Below the pieces are notes generated by a model. That model worked only from the letters and a program-made list of their open reading frames with translations. It made no database searches and had not been told where the DNA came from. The position numbers and the translations under genes were made by a program. From assembly GCA_030704615.1 (NCBI GenBank), contig CM060734.1, positions 22,072,001 through 22,136,000 of the forward strand: a stretch of DNA of 64,000 bases. Reading direction: 5' to 3'. Position 1 is the stretch's first letter. Every line of letters begins with the position of its first letter. Source of the stretch: Takakia lepidozioides (Eukaryota; Plantae; Bryophyta). Of this stretch, positions 24,182-35,793 are shown piece after piece.

Positions 24182-24889
24182 CTACGGTTTGCTAGAATCT
24201 ACATCAAGAAATTGCCCTATAGTCACACCACAATGCATTGGGCTATCTAGCCAGTTCTGATATGCACTGCGGATCTCTTCTCTCAGTTTCTCCTGCTTTG
24301 GATCCCTTCGAGGTGTCGCTGGAGAGTATCCAGGACTCCAAGAGTCGCTGTCCAAAACCCAATCAGGGAATATCTTGGAGATTTCGTCGGTTTCCATTGA
24401 GTTTGATGCCTGTGCACCCTGGGAATTTGATTCGGGAGTATACACATGTGCATCCAGGGTGTGCTCTTGTGGAGTGTACAGTCCTGGAGTGTATTCCGGT
24501 GAATCTGCTCGTATGTACACTGGGTGGACAACTGCTGGTATGTAAGTGTACTCTGCAGGGGTGTATACTGGTGAATCCGAAGGTACATATGAGTCCTCTA
24601 AAGGGGTGTATTCTGGTGAATCTGCTGGTATGTACACTGGGTGGACAGCTGCTAGTATGTAAGTGCCCTCTGAAGCAGTGTATACTGGTGAATCTGCTGG
24701 GACATAAGTGTCCTCTAAAGGGGTGTATTCTGGTGAATCTGCTGGTATGTACGAGTCCTCTGCAGGGGTGTATTCTGGTGAATGTGCTGGTATGTTCTCT
24801 GGGGCGACAACATTTACTTTGCTTCCACTGCAATGGCTTAGCTCGGATTCCTTGCCGTCCTCATCCACTAATTTCTGGATAGCGGACAT
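24182..24889 (-). CDS. Low-complexity protein with tandem (AD)SPEYTP/SPVYT repeats, 235 aa
   Basis: Open frame with about six SP(E/V)YT(P/A) units plus SPGYSPATP, encoded by 48-63-bp tandem DNA repeats at ~24470-24790. May be an exon of a longer transcript. Confidence 0.55.
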   Translation of the reverse strand: MSAIQKLVDEDGKESELSHCSGSKVNVVAPENIPAHSPEYTPAEDSYIPADSPEYTPLEDTYVPADSPVYTASEGTYILAAVHPVYIPADSPEYTPLEDSYVPSDSPVYTPAEYTYIPAVVHPVYIRADSPEYTPGLYTPQEHTLDAHVYTPESNSQGAQASNSMETDEISKIFPDWVLDSDSWSPGYSPATPRRDPKQEKLREEIRSAYQNWLDSPMHCGVTIGQFLDVDSSKP

Positions 24890-25599
24890 CAGCTCCTCAT
24901 CTTCTAGGTAATGACATCTTGGCCAACGCTTTGGCTGACATCCTGACCGACCCTCAGCGTGTGCAGTGCTGATTCCAGACTCCTTTTCAAATTGAAAATA
25001 ATAGGTCAGTGGAAGGGAAGTTACTTACTCTTTGGCGGATGACCTCATTCCCGGTCGACATTATATAACACTCTATTACGCTCTTGGATACTACGTCTTA
25101 AATATCACAGGAGGTCTCCCGTGACATTTACCTACCGCGACAATGCGTTTTATCACGGGAGACCTCCCCTAAGAAAATGCACAAGAGCGGTCCCATGACT
25201 AGCACGGGAGACTTCCCCTGACAAAATGCTTGGTTCACCTAATGCAATCCTAATGCAATCAGTTGTGGGAAGATACGAAAGTACATACCGTGAGCTTGAT
25301 CCTGCCATGGTGGTTGAAGAATAATCGCAGCAGCAATGCACCAATCAAATTACACCACGACACCAGCACGGGCTCGCCACCAGCTATCCTGATCGCCCTC
25401 CTGAACGACGACCGCACCACACAGCTAAAACTAACAAACAGAATCTTGAACACTACTAGACGCAACAAACAACAAATGCAGATCACCGACCCTCCCTTCA
25501 CTCCGTTCACTCCCTCTCAAGCTCTCAAAACTCGTGGCTCTAAGTTTCAGCAGGTTTCGCCGTCATGAAAGTGTGAGAGGGAGAATGAACCAGGGAGCC

Positions 25600-26700
25600 T
25601 CTCCTTTTATATCCAGGGAGGCAGATCCATGCAATACCTCGCCGTGGGTATGCGATGGTAGGCATGCCTGGTGCAAGTCCCAAGAACTGCCACGCGCCCG
25701 CCATGCGCGAGATCTAAGCGGCGGCTGCCGCATGAGCCAATTATTAGGGGAGGGCTCCCGTGAAACGGCGCCTGCCACGGCCCCCATTGGCGCGAGATTC
25801 AAACGGTGGCGGCCTGCCATGCGCCAACCATGCGCGAGATTCAAGCGGCGGCATGCGTAGGGCCCGCAAACGTGGCCAATCATATTTATTAGGGGAGGGC
25901 TCCCGTGAAACGGCGCCTGCCACGCGCTTGTCATGCGCGAGATTCAAGAGGCGGGTGCGTAGGGCCCGCAAACCTGGCCAATCATATTTATTAGGGGAGG
26001 ACTCCCGTGAAATGGCTCCTGCCACGTGCCCGCCATGCGCGAGATTCATGCGGCGGCGGGCGCAGGGCCCGCAAACCTAGAAAATCATAATTATTACGGG
26101 AGGGCTCCCGTGAAATGGCGCATTCAACTCATGAAAATGGAAGGTTCTATGCACTCCATCTGTAAATAGATGATCCAGATGCAACGATGCTTTTGAGCAT
26201 GCATGTGAAGGCATTTCCATAGTTAGTATTCCAGCACGTGGCGAGCAGGCAGGCTACGCATGTGCTGGAACGTCAGAGTACGAGACGCCGCCGGCCATAA
26301 TGCGGCGGCATCGGCATTAGTGAGTGCGGCGGCGGCGCTGCGGTACGCTACGACGAATCTTACCTTCCATGAATGCTGCGAGGGGAGAGCTCCCGAGGCC
26401 CGGCGCAGCGTCATCATGGTCATGCGACATCCATCGAATCCGACGGCTTGATTATATCTGGGATCTCCTTGGACGGTACCGATTATATTGATGTCGTTGT
26501 GCAGGTACATCATAGATGGTATCCATCCATGTGGCGGCCATGCATAAGTCGTACTGTCGGGTATGGGAGGCCCCCCGTCACAGTCATTATGGCAAGTAAT
26601 TAATGAAATGATCCCCCTTGCTGTACAAGCCTCATGTATGGGTGCGGTTGGCCTCATGCCCCAACATGCAAATGCGGGTCTATATAAGGGCAAGATCTTC
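25600..26700. promoter_or_regulatory. GC-rich putative bidirectional promoter with four ~100-145-bp tandem units
   Basis: Minus-facing TATA (TTTTATAT at ~25605) and plus-facing TATATAAG (~26680) flank repeats of GCGCGAGATTCAA...TTATTAGGGGAGGGCTCCCGTGAAA at ~25741, 25886, 25988 and 26091. Confidence 0.55.
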
Positions 26701-27338
26701 CCTCTCATTTCATTTAGTCTCGGCGAAGCCCAGCCGAAATGTGGAGTGCAGGTTCTGGATTGACTGAAGAGTGGTGGAAGGGTGGTGGAAGGGTGGTGGA
26801 AGGACGGAGAGTGGTGTTTCATCTCTGCATGTTTGTTAGTCATTCTCTATCAGTATTTTCCAGAAGAGTTACACACTAAACTCACGCAGTATCTGCTTTT
26901 TTAGGCTGGCACAACGAAGATGTGTTGTTCCATTAGACTTTCGCTTTGTTTTGTCGCTCTTTTCTGAATCTCGTTTATCTGTCTTCGTCTTCTCCAATTA
27001 TACCATTGAATATGATGGGAGATCTCCCGTCATCTTGAGCACATCCTTTCCAATTTGTCTGGAACTCTATTTTCTGTTTATCTTTTTCCGCCCATAGGAG
27101 ATCACAAAACGGGAGACCTCCCGTGATCCCTTAGTGTTATTAACATCTATGGTATGCATAAATTCTATCTTGCACAATCCAGAATTGTATTGTGGATTCT
27201 CACTTAAGGGTGAGGCAACTATAAGGGGAGATCTCCCGTCATCCTGCGGAGTGTTGCCGCATTTGATTTATTCATCTTTTCTACTTTTTTTGCTTCCCAT
27301 TTTTTACTCGAGGGCATAGCAGGGGAGATCTTCCGTGG

Positions 27339-30300
27339 TTGAAGATGGTTACCACCTGTGGACAGTTGTCTGTCGGAGAAGCCGTGAATTTAATCCAACT
27401 TGTCGGCTCTCAAGTTCCCAGAATTGTCGCTGAGGGTACATGTCTGAATACGTCTGGAGAGGGATTTTGTCATGGCAGACGTCTCTCTAGTAATTTAGTG
27501 AGCATCATGTTGAAAACCGTGATACATGGAATGGAGTCAATTAGCTTGCCGTATTCACATCTAGACGCGGAGACTCTTGGAGAAGCCCTGGGGACACCGA
27601 TTGTCTGGAAAGTTAGTGAAGTTGAGAAACTTGTGCTTGTCCGATGCTGGAGCGAGCACGAATGTTTTGGAGAATACAATACAGAAGGACAATACTGATG
27701 GTTGAAGGCGCAGGAACAAAAGTTTCACAAGAGACAACAAAAAAGAAGCGTGCCGAGTGTCAGAAAGGTGCACATCATATATTCGGAAGAGATACTTGGC
27801 GTAATTAGATGTGCAATCTTCTCAATGACGAGATGGACGTCATCGCTGAGGGACGGGTTGTGGCGTGTCTACCTGACGAAGTTATTCTCGGTGAAAACCT
27901 TGGGGAGGAGCATGTCGGTGTAATTGTTACAACTGTCTCTGGGTTAGCTCAGGATTTGCTAATGACCATTACGAAATGACTGCTTACACATACAAACTTC
28001 GAGACGGCCGAAAACTATCAGAGTTGCTCACAAAGTTTTATGAAGAGCACGAGTCAGACACGGAGGACGACCACCTCGAAGGAGTTAAGAAATCGCAGTA
28101 TAAAAGGGAGATGAGAACTCCAGGGGGAAGAAATTGATCCGACTCTTAAATTCGGAGTCAATTCAAGCAGTAAGCTCTGTGAGCTGTTGTGCTCGAAACT
28201 GTCGTCAACACTTCAGCTGGGAAAAAACTAAGGCTATCCGGAGTAAGTTCTTGGCATCTTCTTTTGATGCAAAGAGAGAGTTAGGGTTTGACATCCCATG
28301 ACGACTACACCGACTACCGGGTTATGGTCGTCATGCCTACCTTATAATGGAAGGAGTTGAGGTCTGTGAGAAGGCGTGGTGGACAATCCATGGGATCGGT
28401 AGGTCAACATACCATGGATGCAAGAGGAAGAGTAATGATGGATACATCTCGTCAATGCATGGAAACAGAGGAATGAAGAAACCCCGAGCAAAAACCCTGC
28501 AGGCCGAGGCGAATTTGTTATCGCTGATTTCCAGAAACAGTGACCTCATGCCTCATAAAATGAGAGGTATCGGAGAAGGAAGGCAAGATGTTCTGAAGTT
28601 GCTGCCGGTGGAGATGAATTGGAAAGAGCTTAACAGACTGTCCAATGAGGTTGGATACTGCTTTCCAACCCAATCCGATTCTGACTCTATAAATATTTTT
28701 CTACTTTCAAGGAGCGTATGTCACGGGAGACCTCCCGTAATCATTCTGCTAAGTGTGCTAATAGTCGATATCAAATCGTCAGCATAATAACTGACAGTCC
28801 ATTGATGGATCGTTCGGAGCGATTTTGTCCATCTATTTAAGAACGAAATTTTGTGTCTGTCGTTCTTTTTGCATCTATCAAATTTTCATATCTCTTGGAT
28901 GTAGATGTTGGAATATTCGATCTCAATTTCAATCTCCACGGGAGGTCTCCCGTACCTAATAGAATACCAACTCTATATATTGTTGACAATTGGATCAGGC
29001 GAACAAACGAATGGGTTTGAATGAATTGTCGAAGTCTGGAATTAGCAGAATTCGAACGAAACTTTTTGGGAATGTTGAGGTTCGGAAACCTGGTGGAAAA
29101 TTCGCGAAATGCATAGATTGTGAGATGTTCAAAGATCTTATCCAGAAGTCAATCAGTGGAACTGAGGAGCAGAGAAAGCACAAAAGGAAATTTGAGAGAC
29201 ATTTGAAGCATCAGGAGTCATGTCGCAGGCTTTATCATAGTTGGCGAAATGAATCAACGATGATGGGTGAGGAGTTTCTGTGTATTATACACGATAAGAT
29301 GGATCACTCAAAGACTGCGTTGCCCCGGCTCCTCGTAACAAACAAGATGACATCTGGTCTCGGTCAACTACCTATATCCCTAACAGGTATGGTGACTCAC
29401 GGCCATGGTGACGGTGCTTATGCTCAGTTCACGAACGAGTTCTGGCCAAGTGATCCTAACTTGACAATCAGCTCCTTGGCTCGTTGTCTTCGCGCTCTTG
29501 AGAAGCCCACATGCCGAGACTCAAGAGAAATTTTCGATCATCCAATGCAGAACTCATTTTTCGAAACTCTAATGAGGGGAAAGTCTCGATGTGAGAAAGC
29601 ACTGAAGCCTAGGGTATCCCAAGGCCCTGTTCGAGCCAAGCCATTACCCCGTCGACTATACCTGCAAATGGACAATTCTTCAAGAGAGAACAAAAATCGC
29701 TGGATGCTTGCTTTTTTTATCACTCTTGACGGCGAGAGGTGTTTTTGAAGAGATCCAGCTTGGATTCCTAATGGTTGGTCACACCCACGAGGATATTGAT
29801 GCATACTTTAGTTATCTGTCGAAGAAGTTGAAACATAAGAGCACATATATCCTTCCGGATCTCATGCGCCACTTTATAGACTCTCAAAACCTGTCATTTA
29901 TCCCTCAACTGATTCAGGAGGTCGCAAACTTCAAGAAGTTTGTGGATGGATACATTATTGATGGGAGCGATGCGCTAATCGGCACATCTGAAATGCACAT
30001 CTTCAAGTTCTATGTGGATTGTGACGGTGGGCCTGTAATGAAGTATAAGAAATCAGCAACCAACGCTGACTGGCTTTCGAAGCAGGTGCAATCAAAATGT
30101 GGAAGATTGCTGAGGACGGGAGGTCTCCCCTGCTACCCCAAGGGGTCCCGGAACCTGTTCCACTGCAGCCTATTTGGGGAATAAAGCCAGACGCCAGGGA
30201 AAAAAATGCCAATATTGTAAATGGCCTTTCGAAGTACCGCAAATTCTGGAGACTTGGGATGGATCTCGACAAGAACTACGAAAATATCATAAAGAACTAC

Positions 30301-30900
30301 GATGAGTATTGGAAGGATGTTCTTCTTGAACTTGCTAAGCCATTGCCTGAGCCAAAGGACAAGGTGGAGGAGGGGTTTTGGCCTTCGACTCTGTGGAAAG
30401 ATAACCATGACCGAGATGGGATTAGGGTTGAATGTGAGAGTCAAGAGGAGTCAGAGGAGGATGATCGCAACCAGCTGGATCCCTATTGTGGGCCAAAGAG
30501 TCAGAGACCTAAAGAGCCGCTGAACCCATTCAAAGATATTGAAATTGGAAATTTCGTACTTGTTCGACCACCAGACACAGAGACATATCCAGTTTGGATG
30601 GGTGTGGCAATCTCTGATGTTGTTTGTGACTGTTCAGATGAGAGATATCGGCAAGTCCTTCTGGAGTGGTGGAGACCTAAAGGTGCTGCAGCGGAGGATG
30701 TGGACAGGTATAGAAACTGCTGGGACAAAGCTTGGGAGTTCAATGAATCTGATCCACCAAAGTTGATACATACGAACAGTGTGGTGTGGACAATGCGACC
30801 TTGGAAGAACACCTCCAGCTCTAGACGTATTGGAAAGACCGAAGCAGTTAAAGCGAAAACAAATCTATATGCTGCGAACGATCAAAGTGAGTCTGTTTGA
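27339..30900 (+). pseudogene. Sola1-like/DUF7869-type DDE/D transposase gene, spliced, with stops and frameshifts
   Basis: CCARNC and GVEVCEKAWWTIHGIGRS; GT-AG intron 28650-28998 (phase 0); KCIDC, CIIHDKMD, LYLQMDNSSRENKN, FLMVGHTHEDIDAYFS; frameshifts near 29715 and 30085. N-terminal VAEG..HG..LPY..TLGEALG..IVW domain resembles CACTA TnpA-associated domains. Confidence 0.75.
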
Positions 30901-31140
30901 GCACAATGTACAGAGGTGCACGGGAGATCTCCCGTGCTAATTTGACGACAATATGTGTTAATGTTGATCTTAATGGTGATTGCCAAGATTTTGTGGGAGC
31001 TCCTGTCACAATCAGAAGTTGACCTTGAATTCTTTGTGTCGACCATTTGAAACTTTCAATTTCTGAACATCTATATCTCTAGCGATTTGAACCCTGACTG
31101 CCTGCATCTCAGTGAAAGTTTAGTTTTGGTTGATTGTATT

Positions 31141-31915
31141 TTACACACATAGCATGGGAGATCTCCCGTGCTACAGATTCTTGACTATTGCAGACTGACA
31201 TGATTAATATTCTCATTCACCATAGTGCTCGTTGAGTCCCAATTTGGTTCGTTATCTGATAAGGATATGTCGTGGTCCGAATATCGTATCTTCTTCCCTA
31301 GCGGAATGTACTTTTATGTGTCTATTTCAACGGTGGCCCCTTCTTGATCTGACTTTATAAACTGTATCCTCGCGATGTTGTTACTGATTTTCAGGTGTAA
31401 CACGGGAGGTCTCCCGTGGTATGTCACGTCATTTTTTAAATATTATTTACTGGATTTGTTTTTTATCTGCGGACAAATAGCTTTTGTTCTGATCTCCAAA
31501 ATTTTGAATGTTTGAATGGCCAGTGGATGTGAATGGTTGTACATTTTTTATTTGTTTCCATCTGACGGTTCCACGCATTTCGTATGTCGGAATGCCGATT
31601 TGGTGGTTGATGATTTTCTCCCTTACACACAGTGCTCGGGAGATGTCCCATGCTATAGTGACTTGACTATTTCTGATCATGATTATTATATTTTTCTTAG
31701 AGCTCATTGTCGAATATAGTAAGGATTCGCAAATATTTTCATTTTGTGAAGATGATGAGGATTTTGTCTGGTCCAAAACCTTCATATCTTCCATTGCGGA
31801 ATGTCGTTCACTACTCCGATTTTAACGGTGGCGCCTTATGACGCCGACGTTCTAAATTGTATTTTCGTGATTATGCTATTGATTTCAGTTGTAGCATGGG
31901 AGGTCTCCCCTTCTA
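31141..31915. repeat. Two diverged copies of a ~280-bp block, ~485-495 bp apart, each bounded by palindrome copies
   Basis: TTACACACA.(palindrome)...TGACTATT...GCGGAATGT...AACGGTGGC...(palindrome) at 31141-31418 and 31623-31912. Confidence 0.7.
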
Positions 31916-34900
31916 TGTCTCGACGTCTGTTCGGCATTTCCTGGATTCTTATTTGGTGTTTGGAGGGTGACAAATAACTGTTGTCTTGCCTTACAGTTTT
32001 AATTTCTGGATGACCAGTTCATGTGAATGTTTCTAGATCTTATGTTCTTTTGATTTGACGGCTCGACGCTTCTCGTATTGAGCACGGGAGATCTCCCCTG
32101 GTGGGGGGAGTCTCAAAGCACCTGCAGCAAGCTGACGTTGTACTTGAAATTGTATTTGACATGGTATTTGACCTTATATTTGTCGGTTCAATGCATTTCG
32201 TTTGTTAATTCTTGTCCTCAATGTGACAAAGATTTTTCTATCTCTTAATTTTCAATAATTCAAAAATATTATTCCAATGTTTCTATCAATAATTTTGCGT
32301 CACGACCCATTGTGGTTTTAAAGCTCTTACTTTGTTTCCTATATGATATTGACACGCATTTGTTACGTTTTCACGGGAAAGCTCCTCTCATCTTCTCTCA
32401 CCATTGTCATGTAGTAATCGAATGATTCGTTTCGCGTAAGATGCGAGAAACTACCTATCGAGTGCACGGGAGATCTCCCCTCCGTGAATATACTCACGAG
32501 CGATCAGATTCTCCTCAAATTCAACATAGATGTCTTGCTTGTCATTTATTTTGCAAAGGACGATGCTACTTTTCGGAGCAATCCGGGAAAATCCAAAATT
32601 GTAAGCTTTAATGCATTGTTAATACTGAATATAGTTTTTTTTAACATATTTATTAATTATTTACAATTATTTAACAAATGTCCAGATTTCATCCTTTTGT
32701 CCATATTTACTTAAAATGGTGTTATAGGGAGAGTGTGAAGGAGAGGGCTATTGTGCAAGAGGAAATCAAAAAGATGCTTGATGCTAGTGTGATTAAGCCT
32801 TCCATCTCTCCTTAGGCCAGTCCCATAGTCCTTGTAGGAAAGAAGGATGGAAGTACTCGCTTCTGTGTAGACTTCAGGCGCCTCAATACGGTCACCAATA
32901 AAGATGCATATCCCCTCCCCAAGATCAATGAAAGCCTTGACATGTTACATGGAGCCATTGTGTTCTATTCCTTAGACTTGGCCTCTGGTTTTTGGCAAGT
33001 GCCTCTGACTAAGGAAGCCAAAGAGAAAACCTCTTTTGTCTATAGGATGGGCAAGTACCAGTATGAGACTATGCCTTTTGGTTTGTGCAATGCAACTTTT
33101 ACCTTCCAGTGCCTAATGGATATTGTCCTTGGAAATTTGAGGTGGGAGTGCGCTTTGATATACATTGATGACATCAATGTGTATTCAGCCACTTTTGAAG
33201 CCCATCTTCTTGACTCACAACGTGTCTTCAACAGACTTAGAGTTGCAGGGTTAAAGGTCAAGCCTAAGAAATGTGAATTGTGCATGCCTGAGCTTCACTG
33301 AATCTTGGGTCATGTCCTATCCAAAGAAGGTCTTAAGCTTGATCGTGAGAAGCTTCGCTCTGTCTGGGAGTTTCCCATTCCCAAGGACAAACATTGTGTT
33401 AGAATCCTTCCTTGGCTTGGCTTCTTATTACCGGAGATTCATCAAACATTTTGCCATGATTGCTTTTGCTTTGACTAAGCTTCTGGCTAAAGATGTTCGC
33501 TTTGAATGGGGTACTTTCCAGCAAGTTGCCTTTGACAGGTTGAAGGTTGCTCTCACCACTGCTCCAGTCCTTATGTTTCCCAAATTTCACCTGCCTGCAA
33601 ACAGATGCTTCTGATGTTGCCATCTCTGCTATTTTGTGTCAAGTAGTTGATGGGAAGGAGCATGTCATTGCTTATGCCTCTAGGAAGCTCGACAAGCATG
33701 AAAAAAACGAAATTCTATCACTGATAAGGAGGGGCTAGCTCTGATCTTTGGTGTTAAACACTACAGGCAGTATTTGCATGGAAGCAAGTTTGTTGTTGAG
33801 ACTGATCATCTTCCCCTTAAGGCATTGCTTCAACCGCGTGAGTTGTATGGTAGACTGGCACGTTGGGCTATGTTCCTGCAGGAGTTTGACCTTGACATTG
33901 TCTACAAGAAGGGGAAGGATAACTCCAATGCAGATATGCTCTTACACGGGTTGACCCTCATGTAGGCAAGCCTATGGTGACTTTGGAGGACTTGGCTGCT
34001 CTTGATATATCATCTCCTAAAAGGCCCTGTTCTTAACCTTTTGTGTACTGATCAGCAGCCTCTTCTTTTACTCCTGGTAAGTTCCTCTGGGCTATGTCTG
34101 TGACAGAATCTGCATACACGAGACCATATGAACGCAGCCAGGGGGCAGGACACCAGGCAGTGCTCTATAGTTTCATCTTGACCTGCCTGTCAAATCGAAC
34201 AGAGGCCAAAGGAATCAAGAATGAACTGGAAAACCGACAAAATTCTATATTTAGCAATCTTCCATAAGAACCCTGAGACCTTCGCAGCCCTATCCTTTCT
34301 CCAGATATCTCTCCAAATGGACTTTCAATCTGCAGGGAGGGTAGGCAGATGCCTCCACTTAGAGTTCCATTTACTAGTAAAATTCAGAGGAGGCCTCAGG
34401 AGAGAATAAGCAAGCTTCACCGTAAACCCAAAAAAAAGGGATGTGTTTCTTATCCATCCAATGCCAATCTGCGAGGTCAAATTGCAACAACCGAAGAGGA
34501 GCAAATAGAAACCAGATGAAAGAATCGTCGTAATGCGCGAGGTTAACAGGGGGCATAGGATCACAAACACCAGAGATAACCGAAAATATCCTAATAGGAA
34601 ATAAATCGGATTCTTGATGTGAAGCGGGGCGGGGAGAGACCAAGGAGCCGTGCATAATAAACTTCAACCCGAATAGAGATTGAGAATCCCTGGAGATGGC
34701 ATAGAAGGCAAATAACGATCCACTGGCACCCCCTCCCAACCAAGTTGGGAGGGGCCTTTGATTGAACGGAAGGGAACATATAGAGATCCAGCGAGGGAGA
34801 ATGTTTGAAACGATGGTATCCCAGGCGTTTGCTTTTCTCTTCGATAGTGTTGCAGTAGCAATAGGCCTCGGGATGAACTTGATCCATCTAGCTTGGAGAT

Positions 34901-35793
34901 TGCATGGGGCTGGTCTAGCATTCTAGATGATCCAGGCTGAGTCCCTATATTGCTGGTGTGGGGTAGTGGATCTCATGTCTAAAGCCTTTGTGAGGGGCTG
35001 ATCTATCCTTCCTTGTTCCTTGTCTTTCCTTTTCAGCCTTGGTTCGGGTCTGGTGTATCTACTGTTAGCTGTACTCCGGTGTAGGTTTTGGCAGTGCTTT
35101 AAGGCCTGATTTGCTTTCCCATGAGCCGTTTCAAATGAGGCAAGGACCTAATACCTGGAGATAACATGAGGCACACACTCCATGTCATCCTTACTAAAGC
35201 CCATTGAACCTCGCTTATGTGTAGTGCAATCATGGATGATATGTTGCATGCAGCGATACTCCATCGATGTCTTCATGGACGTTCACCTGCAGGGCTCCCT
35301 AAGAAGTTGAGGAAGCAAGTGCTTTATAATGTGGATGCTCATCGTTATAAGGATGGCAGGTTGTACGAATTGGGCACTAAGGATGGGAGTCCTTGCTACT
35401 TGGAGGTACCACCATGGAGCCAGTTATATGCTTTGTTGGAATGCCTAATTTCATGCTTCTTTGTATGCAGGTCATCTTGGGGTCAAGAAGACTATAGCTC
35501 ACATACAAGAGGTGTACTACTGGAAGGGAATTCAAAAAGACGTGACTGCTTTCATTTCCAAGTGTGAGGCATGTCGATCTAACCTTGCACTTCCTCCGGT
35601 GGGGGTCACTTATAGATTGCAATCCTTGCCTGTGACGCATGCCTTTGCTCGAGTTGGTATCGACTTGGTAGGACCTCTTGCTCTCACGCCAAAGGGTCAT
35701 AGCTATCTTTGGGTAGCTACAGATTACTTGACTGAGTGGGTAGAAGTCCATCATATGGTTACCAATTATTCTGACTCGGTAGCACAACACTTC

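Larger units (their letters stand above)
18960..32715. mobile_element. Large multi-gene putative DNA transposon: Sola1/DUF7869-like transposase, ParB-like gene, dispersed 16-bp palindromes; boundaries approximate
   Basis: About 32 copies of ACGGGAGATCTCCCGT variants from 18999 to 32482; divergent minus- and plus-strand gene sets; AT-rich duplicated blocks at both flanks. TIR and TSD not identified. Confidence 0.7.

Noticed and set aside
26223-26843. 206-aa ORF in the divergent promoter
   Set aside because: GC-rich region with no motifs, overlapping the plus-strand TATA; likely a chance ORF.
18960-32715. Bacterial contamination or plasmid, given ParB and parS-like sites
   Set aside because: The genes contain GT-AG introns, the transposase is of a eukaryotic type, and the region is contiguous with plant transposons.
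34099-34940. Solo LTR or separate insertion in the plus-strand Gypsy
   Set aside because: Begins TGTGACA and differs in character, but I found no matching end, TSD or recognisable protein, so it is left uncalled.
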